A stretch of DNA of 64,000 nucleotides from Rhodosorus marinus CCMP1338 (taxonomy: Eukaryota > Plantae > Rhodophyta). The stretch covers positions 1,426,001 to 1,490,000 of the forward strand of contig JAMWBK010000006.1 of the NCBI GenBank assembly GCA_029953675.1. The letters are read 5' to 3'. The notes beneath the pieces were generated by a model that saw only the letters and a list, made by a program, of their open reading frames with translations, was not told the origin of the DNA and did not search any database. Below are positions 11,392-23,790 of the stretch, piece after piece (position 1 is the first letter of the stretch; each line of letters opens with the position of its first letter). Made by a program: the position numbers and the translations under genes.

Positions 11392-14300
11392 CTACGCAGC
11401 CGGGGTTTCTATATCTACGAGCACGTCAATCCGCAGCGACTCAAGTTTCGCTTTCAACTGTGCATTGTCGTGCCAGGCGCGATCATCCCGGGAAACGCTC
11501 AATAGAGCCGTGAGCTCGTCCTCCGCAAAAGACTCCAGAATGCGGCTGACCAACTCTGCCTTGCGGCCTTTCGTTGATGCTCCCTTGACGTAAAGTATTC
11601 TTCGGAGGAGGACGACTGTCATTGACCAAAGAACGGATTGAGGGCTCTTTGGCTCTCCTTCAGGTGCACCGGATTGGGAGTCCTCCCCCTCACACATAGA
11701 CTCAGCCCTCGTGACTTCGCTGCGCTCGCTCTTGATCTCGCTTGCGTTCTCGACATTCGCCGAATTCATATTCTCCTTCTCTCCAGACGCGTCAAAGCTC
11801 TCTCGCAAGCTCAAGGGTTTCATATCATCAACACCCGCTGGACGTTCCCTTCTTTCTCCGTCACCCAGCGAAGGTGCCTCGCACAGAACATTTGATAGAG
11901 GAACATTTCCCAAGGTCTGTGGAGACAGATTTCCAGCTGTGGAGCGTCGAATTTCCCTCTTCGGTGAGTAGTGTGCCCCGCTTGCAAGTTCAATCCCAGC
12001 TCCCACGGCGTCCGCGAAGAATACACACTTTCTTCGTCTAGACGATGCGCATGAGTTGGGAGTCTTCAGACAAGATCTTTCCTCCGGTTCTCGACTTGAC
12101 GCCAGCCGAATGTGTACATCCTGAAGATCGCCACGTACACAGATAAGGTTTACCTTAGCTCTCCACTTTGACTCTAAAGCAAAACGAACTGGACTAGGCG
12201 AGATGTCTCGCACAGAAGATCTCGAGCTTACCTGTGGACTGGCATGGGACTCGGACTGCTGTGCTTGCTGTCTTGTTGCACTTGCTTCATCTTCTGTTCT
12301 GCTGGGAAGTTTTCTCAAGTGAGAAGATAGAACTTGCATGTCCATGCTTGCTCCGTCTGAACTCGCAGAATCGTGCTGCACCTCTTCCGACAGCGCTGGG
12401 CTGTTCGCGAAGTCCTGCTCGTGAGATAAATCAGTTGCAATTTCCGTAGTAGATTCGCCCTCAGGTGATTGTCCCTTCGGGCACCCGTCGACTGGTGAGA
12501 AAGACCCTTGCGGAGTTGAACTGATACTCTGCGAGTAGGAGTCTCTCTGGATCTGATCACAACTTTCTTCGGTAAAATTGATAGTCCGAACTTGGGGAGA
12601 AACAGAAAGAGCTCTCTTCGCTTGCTGTTGGCTCAGCCTCGTGCTCCTTCTCGGGGTTGACAGCGGTCTGGCATCTGGAACCGACGCCCTTGCCGATGAC
12701 GGTGTATCCGATCCGTTTTGTTTCTCCAAAGCTGAGACCATTGGTGAGCTGGACACTCGTTTCGCTGCTCTGGTATGACTTAGAATGTTTCTTACATTGT
12801 CCTGAGAGATTCCGCAGGATGCTATCGCAGTCTCAATCGGTTCCTGTTTCCCACTGTCATTGCACATGTCAACGCTGTCTTTCGGGTTGGCGGGCGTCGC
12901 GACTGCGTTCACTGGAAGCTCCTTCGCGAGTCTTACTCTCGGTGTGGTAACAGCATCCAAGGGGAGTTCCCCTGAAACCCGAATTCTTGGCGTTGCCGCA
13001 TCCTCACGAGGAAGTTCGGGGTATCGAACGCAGGGCGTGGCCACTGAATTTACCGGTAGCTCCTTAGACAACCGTACCCTTGGTGTCATAACTGCGTCTG
13101 TGGGTAACTCCTTGGCAAACAGAACCGGCGACGTTCCCACAGCTTCGGGAAGCTGTTGGGAGAGGCGAGCATTTGGAGTCCTCGCCTCGTCTAGCAGAGA
13201 TTCTTTTGTAAGTCGAACGCTTGGCGTTGCCAAGGCGTTCACAGGGAGTTCCTTGGCCAAACGAACGCGAGGGCTCGTGATAGCATTCACGGGAAGCTCC
13301 TTAGCCAGTCGAAAGTTCGGTGTAGTTGCGGCATTCACAGGAAGTTCCGTTGACATCCTCATCCTGGGACTTGTGCCCAGATTCACTGAAAGCTCTTTCT
13401 CATGGTTCATATTCGGAGTCACAAAGCCATCCATTGGAGGAGCTTCCGCGATAGGCGGTTCCGGGGTTTGCTGAAGCTCTTGGTCTTCGGCATTGAGCTG
13501 GATATCGGCTGCCACAGGGATCGCTTGAGGCACACGCTTCGGAGTAGCGACTGCGTTTACAGGCAGCTCCTTCGAGAGCCTTATCCTTGGTGTAACCAAT
13601 GCCTCGATTGGAAGCTCATTCTCGTAGTTACTTCCTGGAGTTTTTGCGACACTTCCTGCCGAGTGTCTTGGGTTTGCTTGCGCAGGTGTGTTGGCTACGT
13701 TCCTCGAACGTGACCTGGTAACCCGCACACTGGGCGTGTATTCGGTATCCATTATCTGAGATTTGGGCGTACCAGGATCTGCCGCCATGGAATTCGTAGA
13801 CTCGTATCGTGGAGTGAGTGCTTCGCTCTCTACGGCTGGGGCTTCTGGTGTCTTTACAGCGTTCACTGGGAGCTCCCTCGATATTCTGAATGTCGGAGTT
13901 GAGACTGCATTGACAGGAAGCTCTTTTGACAGTGACATTCTCGGTGTTCTGGAACCCTCTAAAGGCGATTCTTTGCCTGAAGTCTCTCCCGAGCTTATTG
14001 CAACGTCCTTCAGGGAATCTTCCTCTCCGTGAGCAGGACTGCATGGAGTTTCGGCTTCTCCTTCTACGTCAGAGCGAACACTCTGCTCCACAGCAATGTT
14101 CGTGTCTTCTGCAGAACTGGTAATAGAGTTGTCTGGCAAGGAAGAAGATACAGGGTTAAAGGTTCGTCAGGATGTGGGAGCGAAGCCCTTGGTCTTAGAG
14201 ATCCGGATATAGGGCTTGATGCTTACCTTTGGATCCTCCCCTCAAGTCCTGAAGCAATCGCTTAGGCGAAAAGATTGCGTTCACGGGTAGAAACTTGCTC

Positions 14301-15573
14301 AAACGGAAGCGTGGTGTTGTAACAGTATCAACCGGCAGCTCCTCGCCCACAGACTCACGGAGCAGAGCCGATTGGCGTCTATCTCCAGAGTTCTTCTTCA
14401 CATGCTCAGGAGTTTTCTTGTTTTCAATACTGCCTAGCGCCGACAGTCTCCTGCTTTTCGTTTCCGGTGAGGAACCCGCATCCTTTTCACCGCCGATAGT
14501 CTCGTCCTTAACATCCCGTAGGACCTTCGCATCTGATGGGGACTTGGAAGGAGTGCTTAGAACTTTCCCCTTGAAGGATTCAAACACGTTCTCTTTGTCG
14601 ACCTAGTGAAACCGACAAGAAGTGAGACTGATCAGTCTTAGGATTTCTGTCTGTGGAGGCGTTGGCTGCGTCGTTGGCTGAGAGCTGTAATGTGCATCCC
14701 ACCATCTTGTCAAAGGTGGTCTCCTTCAAGGTACCGACCTGACGTACAGATGAACCGGAAATAGGATTGCCTTTCCGTTAGCATTTCAAGAAGTTTCCGA
14801 ATGATAGATTTTGACGAGCTCATACCTGGTTCTTTGATTCATCTCCTCTGATAAAGTCTCCAAGTGACCTCCGCCGTTCAGATAGACCTTCAAAAATGTG
14901 GAGCACTATGAGATTCTGTATGAAAACGAAGACGCGCGAGTTTCTTGGCTTACTTCGACGAGCTTTTCTTGGGGTAAGCTTAAGCTCCAGCTGACCATTG
15001 TGTCGAATGCTTGTAACTGTGGCAATGGACTTTCTTCGTGAGGCTTGCGCATCCGCGATTCTCGCGTCTGTGAAAAGAGGAGTAAATAGGAGTTGGAATG
15101 CTCAGCTTCAAATATTCCCACCGTTCCTCTTAGAACCGTGGTAGCGAACCTGATCTCTGTCGTTTTTTGTCTGCTGACTGCAACCTTGTAAGCGTTTCGC
15201 TTTTTTCGAATCGAAATCGTCTATCAGAAATCTCGATAATATCTTTTCCAAGAATTATGGATCTCTGTTCTGGTCGTATCATGAAGCTGCCGACTTTGAT
15301 CGAATGAATCTTGCTGAGGTTGTGGATTTCCACTTTCGTCAAATCTTGATGGACTGATAGTATGGCATGGTGTTCGTCAACACATGGTCGATTGATTCGA
15401 ATGTCGTTGTCTTCGTGTTTGCCAAAAGTTACAGTGTTGTCTTCGATAGGAAACACTGCACCATCTTTACCATCCGTCCTCTTGAGAACAACAATGCTTC
15501 CGTAATCGGGCAACTCAATGCTCGACGCATTTGATGCGTAGCTCGAACGTCGCGATGACACTACAGCAGTCAT
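11392..15573 (-). CDS. FHA-domain, repeat-rich, SAP-domain nuclear protein (Ki-67-like architecture), about 1250 aa
   Basis: Exon 1 encodes an FHA domain (IVVLKRTDGKDGAVFPI..FGKHEDNDIRI..IIEISDRRFRFE). In-phase exons lead into a 2.7-kb exon with ELPVNAVxTPR repeats, RRRKCVFF and the SAP motif LWSMTVVLLRRILYVKGASTKGRKAELVSRI. The extreme C-terminus may have a further exon. Confidence 0.8.
12880..14350 (-). repeat. Coding ~48-bp (16-aa) repeats, ELPVNAV[AT][TS]PR[VI]RL[SA]K, about 17 copies, 11 contiguous at 12880-13395
   Basis: Counted directly in the translations of ORFs 11392-14139 and 14195-14587. Confidence 0.92.
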
Positions 15574-16313
15574 CTTGATGGTTCTTCACAAGACCAAAGA
15601 TGCACACGTGCAGACCCTCCCCTAGTCTGTTCAAACCTTCCCTAGTCCGTTCAAACCTCCCCAGTACCTCCCCAACCCCACGAACGATATCTGAACCCCA
15701 CTTAATGACCCCTACGAGTGCATGTGACCTGGTCATGCCCAACTCAACTAATAACCTGCTACCGATCAAAAGTCAAAGAGGTCAAACCTCAAAAAACCCC
15801 GGTATTATTCTGTTCTGAAACGTCGAGGGACACACTCCAGAGAATCAAAGGGGCAATTGGTTGTTTCTAATGAGCCAAAAGCTCAGATTCTCAAAATCCT
15901 GGAAGTTCGACCGGTGCCTTTCATCTCGATATTAGGCCTGGAGAAAAAAGAATAGAAAAACAGGTACAGAGAAAGCAACTCCCTCGCTTTTGGTTCACTC
16001 CTCACTACCAAACAGGAAACAACTAGACAGGGACAGGATAAAAAAAAAAAGGCCCAAAAAAGGCCCTAAGCTTTTTCAGATCCCTCTATCCCAACCAGCT
16101 CAACACCATTTTCCCGATCCAAATTGGAAAGAAGACCCAAATCCTTCTCAACGGAAACAACCGTTACATCTACATTTAAATTCAAATATGGCCAATATGA
16201 TTGGCCTATTCGAAAGTACTTGCGAAATATTCTATTTTCATTATTTTTGAGTGGGACTTCGTTTTGGTTTGGAAATTTAGTTTTTGCCTAGCAGCTATAA
16301 TGCTGACAGTACA

Positions 16314-16675
16314 ATGGCACGTGAGGGCATTGGGGAGTCGACAAGCATTGAGGTTAGTAGCTTCTCCGGACGGAATTTTACTGTTCCTGTCCCCACATCT
16401 GAACATTGTTGGGGATTATGGGCGTGTCCTCCTCCTCATTGGAGCTAAGCTTCAGTTGTGTTTTTTTTGGTGGAGGGGTTCTTCTGTTGAGCATTACGTC
16501 CGGCTCATCTTCTCGGGTTCATGAGCTGTTTTCCGAGTTCGCCCTAAACGAAGAGATGACTGCTCCTTTCAGACTCTTCCCGGAGAATGAGCCAACACGA
16601 CCCTCCCGTAGTTCACGCGTCTCCCAACTTCGCGCAAGCTTCATTTCAGCGTCGGTCACACAGTGGAAAACGTAA
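16314..16675 (+). CDS. Possible small two-exon hypothetical protein (MAREGIGESTSIE|..FSEFALNEEMTAPFRLFPE..)
   Basis: ATG downstream of an inverted CCAAT pair (GGCCAATatgATTGGCC, about 16190-16206), GTTAGT donor, short open frame to TAA 16675. Acceptor uncertain. Confidence 0.25.
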
Positions 16676-16917
16676 TACTACTAAAGAATCAAGGCACGCC
16701 TTGGAAAATGGATTCGGTACCATTGCATCTCTACATTGGTAGCAAGTTTTAGCTTCAATCTTCCATGTTGACTTCGCGTCTCCTGTGGCTCCGAGGACTA
16801 TCACCGGTTTGTGACCTTGACACGAAATATTGAAGGTGAACTATTGCTTAGCTAACCGCGTCAGAGCTAGATACCGCAAATACTAAAGTGTGGCGCCAGT
16901 CAACGGATATCTGAAGC

Positions 16918-18579
16918 TTACGTTTGTCTGTCACGCATTGGAGACGTGGATCTGTCCCGAGAATCTCGGTTCCTTAGTCGAGGTCTCCTATCCCGATTCT
17001 CCGAACCAAAACCGCTTTCCTTAGATCCGCGGGGATTAAAATCCCTTTCATTGGACCCTCGCGGGCCTAAGCGTTCCCCCCGTCCACGTCCACGACCATC
17101 ACCTCGCCTTGGCACAAACCTACCCCTAGGGGAGAACCTTCGTCCAGGTGCTAGAATAAAAAGGCGTGGCAACCTGTGAGCTTTCCAGCATCGGATTCCT
17201 AGCCCTGGGTAGTGCCGACCAATGGCGTTGGACACCCTCAACTTACGCGAAAGCGAAGACATACGACCACCTCGACCACCGGGCCGTCGATCGCGCCAGG
17301 GGGGACTTCCTAGTCTGCGTTCTGGAGGTCGCCTACCCCGCCCAACGCGGGGACTCTCAAAGCGAGGACCCTCGAGACGCACACCGCGTCCCTGCGGGTC
17401 GGGTTCGTTTCGAACGCTCATCCGCGCCCGTCGCTCAACACTTCGCTTGAACTTGAAATCCTTTTGCTTGCTGACGGCGAGGCTCTTTCCTCCTATCTCT
17501 CCGCCGTCCATGTGCTGGAGCGCATCCTCGGCCTCTGCCAGCGCTTCAAATTCAATCACGAAAGCGTCCAGTCGGTCATCCTGGGATTCGACGGACATGA
17601 TAAGCCGCTTGTTAGCATTCAGGCAAGAGACCGGAATCGCGGGTCATCGAGCTCACCGGGTCTTCTCGATTGGGTTTAACCGAAGGTGCAAGGATGACAT
17701 CCCTGTAAGTATCTTGTACTTTGCCAAAAAAGGAGAAGATCTCTTCTATGTGCTCCTTCTTAAGGGACTCCTCAAAGCCCTCAACAGCAATTTGACGGCT
17801 TTCTTTCTCCTCCTGTTTCTTGCGTCTCTCGAGCATCATCTCCCTGTAGCGTTGACAGGACGGTACCGGGTTTTGGCTTAAGTTGAATGCAATGACCAGA
17901 CGTGGAAGACCAGCGGGGGGGGGGTCAGGTTCCTTACCGCCTCCGAGCACGACTATCACTTCGGTCGCGAGCGCCTCGCCATCGTCTACCTCTTTGTGCC
18001 GTGGGAAATAAGAACATCATGACGAACCAAGTCAGCAAATTTCCCTCTATGAACACTAAGGCTTTTATCCACTTACAATGCGTACCTTCCAAAATTTCTG
18101 TCACTGGAGATGCTTCTGCTGCCCCGTCTTCCGCGCCTTCTCACTGGAGACCTGGAAAACGATCTGCTGGACCTTGACATTGACTTGGATCGCGAGGACC
18201 TTGAGTCTGATCGTCTCCGCCCAGGCCTCCTCCTAAACCTTCCACGTGGTGATACTGATCTCGATCTAGAAAAAAAGCGCCAAAGGGTAGACATAATATG
18301 AGTCTACCATATGAATCTTGGACCGAAATATTCTTCTAGGCTTCGACAAAAGGCTTGTCCGAACCTTGATCGGGACATTGACCGGCTTCCTGACCGTGAT
18401 CGACTCCATGATCTAGACTCCGACCTGGACCTACTCCTGCGACGCCCTCGTGGCGACTTAGATCCCGAACGAGAACTGGAAAACCCACGGGAAGCAGATC
18501 CTCCCGACCTCGAAGATCCAGACCTCGACGAGTACTCCGAGGAAGCCGCGGATTTGGAATCATCACTCTTGCGAGCCAT
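16918..18579 (-). CDS. RNPS1: RNPS1/SR45-like RS-RRM-RS splicing/EJC factor
   Basis: N-terminal RS tracts; RRM IAVEGFEESLKKEHIEEIFSFFGKV...IEFEALAEAEDALQHMDGGEIGGKSLAV; R/G/P-rich C-terminus. Confidence 0.85.
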
Positions 18580-18725
18580 GCCAAAACTCGCCAGCAACGT
18601 ACCCTCTCAAGTGGGGCCTCGAGACCGTTCCAGAAGTCACACCACTGCAATCCAAAACCAAAAACAATAGCACCACATACACAAAAGAGGAAATAGAAGT
18701 ACTCAAACACCCACCCACGCAAACC

Positions 18726-20070
18726 ATGCAAGAAGGTGGCAACGAAGCCCGGCTTCTTCCAGACTTCTACCCAATCTTCACGGCTTCGATGAGAAGGATA
18801 GAAGAGGCTGGGAGCGGGGTTGGGGAGCGAGGGCAATTGTATAAGGAAACCCGAGCAAACTGTAGTTCTTCCCTTTCTCTCAAGCCTAAGAATCGAGAGC
18901 ACCAAAAACCGGACAACCAAAAACCGGACAACCACTCTGAGTGAAAAAGTCCAAAATCCGATCCCTCCAACATGTTGAAGAGCAGCTAGAAAGGGTTTGA
19001 ACTGCTCGGGACTGATTGATACAAGCCTAGGTGTATGAGGTATTGAACGAATGAACGAGTACCACCTTAGGCCATTTAGGGAACAGACAACTGCATTCTT
19101 GAAGGAGGAGTCCTCGTTTGCCGCCCATCTATGCATAACAATTGCGGACTCCTCAAAATCACAAACGCAGTTGTGAACGGATAGAAACATGGAAAGTCTT
19201 CTGCAGGCTTGCCTAGCCTAGAGAAGAAGAGTATGGCGCAATCTTACCAACTGCTGACTTGGCCGGCGATTGATTGAGCTGAACAGCAACAGTCTCAAGT
19301 ATACCCACGGTGCTGTGCGGTGCACAGTGGTCATGAGGAAGATGATCGACGCGCCTCTCACTTTAGTGAAGAGGACAAAGCCGCTGGGAGCTTCGGAGTG
19401 ACTGACTCTTTTAGTTCACAAGGCTGAGGCCTGATAAAAACGCCTCCTCCAGAAAGAGCGCGAAGAACGAAGAACTTAATAATTGTTTGATGTTTACTGC
19501 GCAAGTCTGCTTGAAATCGGCCGTTGAGGTTGCGTAAGGAGCAAGGAAAAAGTTACGGTCGTCGAATGGGCAAATGTGATGACGCCCGCGCTACACAACG
19601 AGTGGGACGTCCAATTATTGGAACTAGCATCTTGACAGATTCGTTCAGCACAGAGTTCTTGTCAGAGCATCCTCTTGATCATCACCAGGCCAGCATCGAT
19701 ATGCTTCACAGTTGATTGCGGGCTGTGATGACTACAGAGTCAATAGGAACAGTTTTTGAAGATGGTGGCACCGACACTTGGCGAGCTTCTGTCAACTTAG
19801 CAGCCGTTCAACACCATTGCTGAACTGTACAGGGAGAGATTCAGGATCTCTTTCGCGCCCTATCGCTGGACGGTATGTTTGGCATCAGCGAGAGGGGAAT
19901 GCCTGGGGGCGGATTCCTCCTAGAATCTTGCGCTCAAAGCCGGAGGACATTCCAGCCCATCACTCGCCGCGTGACCAAGACTAAAAAGATCTGCGGATCT
20001 TCAGATAGCAGAACTTCACCTGTTTGGGGCAAACGATGTAGTTGCGTCGATCGATATTTACACTTATTAA
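18726..20070 (+). CDS. Probable multi-exon hypothetical gene, structure unresolved
   Basis: ATG 18726 divergent from RNPS1; several short protein-like frames bounded by splice signals (IERMNEYHLRPF.., LNSNSLKYTHGAVRC.., GEIQDLFRALSLD|GTATG). Confidence 0.3.
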
Positions 20071-20100
20071 CTCGTTCCACAATGCTTGCAAATCTGGTTC

Positions 20101-21867
20101 CTAGTGGGCCGCTGTCATTTGGGATTGGAATGGACAATAGTATTCTGCATCTTGGAGCATGTTGAATTCCCTGAGAGCAACATGGACAGTTTCCGAGACC
20201 TCTGGGTGTGTCCTCTGAGCTTTGCGGAGGAGCGATTCGGCCCTCGGAAAAGACTTCATGAGGTCACGGACCTCCTTGCTGCGGCTGCCAAGGTTTCTTA
20301 TTGCGTTGCACGCAGCCCTGATTGCACCATCGTGACCCGTGTGGTTTTCTAGTACCCCGATTGCGGCCTTCATGTTGTGAATGATTCGGCAAAGATGTGA
20401 GGAATAAAAAAGGTGTTCGTCAGCATCATAAGTGCTGAAACCTGCAGCTATTGACCCTTCTCGAACGCTTTTGAAACCAACCTCAATCCCACCCATGTTC
20501 GCAATGATCTGAGCTCGTGAAGAACTGCCAAGCGAGATCGCAGCAAGAGCGCTCAATGCCAGCTCTTGAATTCTGGCGTTGTGTTCGTGTACCCCCATGA
20601 CCTCCAACACTGATCCGATTCCATTGTTGTCCGTCGTTTCACTCCGGCATTGCTGATTTCCGCACAGATTCCTTAGCAAGCTCAGCAATAGGAGCGTCAT
20701 CTGTGTTCAAATCAGACCAAACGAGGAAATTTAGACGCACTGCGTACTCAGTTGCCTCGGAAGCACCAAGTTGTTACCTCAGGATCCGTCATTTCGACTC
20801 GTAGTGCGCTCAACACACTGGGCACAACTTGAGCCTCCCTCATGACCTCGATAACGTCATCTGTTCTCGCCAGAAAGTTCAAAGTGTTCAAGGCAGAAAG
20901 CTGAGACCTCTGACCCCCGTGCGCATCGAACCCGATATTCATGAGCGGCTCCACAGCGCTGCCTTCGTAGACCAATGAGGGTACGTTCGCAGCGCTTGAG
21001 TTTTTCGACCGGCAGAGAACCCTACAGCAACCGAGAATCTCCGTTACTTCCTTGGTATCGTCCGGGCAAGCCAGAGCGCGCATCAACGAGCAAGAAGCAG
21101 GAAACTAAAGACAAGCTCCCCAAGCAAGAGAGGCTGTGGTATGAGTTCCCCCGGTGGACCAGTTGATATCTCCTGGAGAACGACCATGGCGTATTCTTTG
21201 GGGTCCTTACAATCTCTTCATCATATTGGCATTCGTTCATCGTCTTGACGACAACGTCCAGACCTCCGTCTTGCACGAATGCCGATGTCCACCGGCCATC
21301 CCGAAGAGCTCTTGCTCGGGTCGCTTTTATAACCGACGCGTTGCTGGGATACTTCCTGATTGCGCTAGGTGTCGGCAAAATCTCGCCTATCGGTACATTT
21401 AGTACCTTACGGTGAGACGAGAGTCCCAAAACTATGGAACAGTACGCTTCTACAAATTCTTCGCTTCCTGAAAATGACGCCCGGAGAAAGTTGGAGATTA
21501 TTTCAAGCAATCGCCGACCAACAAGGATCTGTGTGACTCCCGTACCTTCCTCCACCGCGAGATCAAGGGCGTTCCGTAGCTCTTTCACGGCGTCCTCACT
21601 ATCCAATAACTGCTGTGAGAGCGTAGCAGAGCCCTCAAGCTCCCTCCCGAGCTCGTGAAGAAGATCTACGTTGTGCACAGACACGCGTCTGGAGAAATCA
21701 TGTCGTTCTCTCTCCTCTACTGGCGCCGTCAACAGCTTTGAAAAATTGGTAACTCCCTGCGTACGGAGCTCCTGCACCGCATCGGCTACGGCTTCTTCCC
21801 AGTTCAGCTCGAAATCTGTCATTATCTCCTTCACGAGGGCATCGAACCGCTCCTGAGTTACCTCCAT
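20101..21867 (-). CDS. ARMC6: Armadillo repeat-containing protein 6
   Basis: MEVTQERFDALVKEIMTDFELNWEEAVADAVQELRTQGV matches the ARMC6 N-terminus; C-terminal ARM repeats ACNAIRNL..AESLLRKAQRTH..VHVALREF. Confidence 0.88.
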
Positions 21868-22629
21868 GGTCGATCACTAAAACTGTACTTCAACAACTAG
21901 CGCAAGGCAGATCCTCCTCTCCCCCCAGATTTTTACAATAGCACCTTGCTTCTGAATCTAATGACAGTTCACCAACAGTGCCATCAGTCCACAGTTCGAT
22001 GCCGTCCGATTCCAAATCAACATCCACATCCACCCCTTGTCCAATTCCCGCCATTGACAAGTCCTTCACCCATAATTAAAGCAAAAAATAGAATTGTTTA
22101 AACTTGAAGTTCAAATTTACTTGGCATCAACGCCAAGCCTGGTTTCTTCCTCTGAAGGACTACTTTGCAGTCGCAGAGCATTGCTCTGCTAAGGAGGTGG
22201 CAAAGCTTTTGAGTTAGGCTCGGTTCAGCCTTTACAGCGTTCATTAATTTCACATGGACGGTTTCCGGTTTATTGAGTATTGAGTTTCATTCGGATCGAG
22301 GTTGATGATGATTGAGTAACCGGGACTAAAGCAGCAAAATAAGAAGAGGTCGTCGGGTTTGTTGATAGTTCAGGCGCGGCATGGCTTCGGGCCTGCTTTC
22401 GCGCCCCCGATGAGACTCACTCGCTGTTCCTTTCTGCTTTGAGTTCTTATCCTGTCGCGTGCTCACGGGGGTTAAGGGCCCCGTTCTCTCTATCGATTTG
22501 CATAGCCTTCTTCCTCTCAGGGTTCTTGTTTTTGAACAAGCAAAGACTGAAGGCGACTTCACAGTAGGCTAAAATCCTCGAAGAAGGATTCTTTGCCGTT
22601 GGTACATCTCATACATCTCCGCTCGTTCA

Positions 22630-22980
22630 GATGGGTCCCCCAGCGGTGTCATTCTTGACGTGGATCCGCTACACCTGTTCGCCGTATATTGAGCGGGCGA
22701 CACTGGACCTTCCTAACATCGCAGGTGCCACAGAGTCGGGCAGTGTATCACTGAACCATCCTGGCTCCGCCTCCCGTATCGGGTCGCCGATACGCTTAGA
22801 GATTCTCTGGATAATACCCAGCCGATGAACGGGAGCAAAATGACATACGGTAGTACCTCTCCCTTTAGGCAGGAAAAGATTCCTCTACACCTTAGTTCGT
22901 TCCAAAACGCGGATCTGAACTCGAGCTCGCGAGCGCGAGCTCGAGTTCAGGTGCAGCGACCTTCCTATCCGGCTCGTAGG
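22630..22980 (+). other. Possible small spliced transcript or short gene
   Basis: CTAAC..CGCAG acceptor at 22723, open frame CHRVGQCITEPSWLRLPYRVADTLRDSLD.., GTAGTA donor near 22850, TTCAG acceptor at 22950. Confidence 0.25.
22915..22950. repeat. Perfect 16-bp inverted repeat with 4-nt loop
   Basis: CTGAACTCGAGCTCGC-gagc-GCGAGCTCGAGTTCAG; the arms are exact reverse complements. Confidence 0.95.
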
Positions 22981-23790
22981 TCTCGCCATGAAGTCCAAGC
23001 CTGAAGCCAAGCCTGAAGGACGTTTGAACTATCCGCCAATTCCACTCCTAACGAAGTTCTGTAAATAGATTCACGCTAAAGCAGCGAATTATAATGCGGT
23101 TTCATAAGGAATCAGTGTACATGGAGGGCGCTGACCAACGCTGGAGGCTTTGCAGCCCGTCCCCGCTCAATCCATACCGCAAATCCCATAGAGGTCCCGG
23201 ATTTCCAGATACACGCTGTAGGGTGTTTGGTTTAGCGTGAGTGATACTATGACCGCGCTGCTGCTATTTGACGACTGTATGATTCTTTGAGTCTTGTATC
23301 TTAGGCGCTGTAGCGCTACTCTAGTTCTGGACAGACGCTCTTTGCCCCCCTCGTGGCTTTCCCTCATTCAAGTAAAAACGGGTCATCATCAAAAAAGCCT
23401 TAAGAAAAACAGATTTACTTCACGGGCCATAGCAAATCGCAAATCCGAGAATTGTATTTAAAAACAGAACATTTTGAAGTACTAATCACTTTTTATGTTT
23501 TTAGCAAAGGGTAGATTATAGAAGCTCTTCTCTGTGCTTCGGTCGTTGGGAAGATATTTGAAGGATTGAGATAAGTAGCTCGAGAATGGTTTGGGGTTGG
23601 TTTGGGGGGGAAGGGAGGTTGTCCGGGGAAGGTTGGGAGGATTGACAAGAGGAGGTTTCTGGAAGGATGTTTGGATGTTAATACAGAAGAGAGGCAGGTT
23701 TGAATTTGAGTTAAATTGTGAATCGGGTTAACTTTGCTTTTGTGATTGGTCTTTGTGGGTGGGGGGGTCGGTGGAAGGGGAGGGAACAGG

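Noticed and set aside
12860-14044. Long plus-strand ORFs with GSSLA repeats
   Set aside because: Antisense shadow frames of the coding repeat array.
17222-18670. Plus-strand RD/LD-rich ORFs
   Set aside because: Antisense of the RNPS1 RS domains.
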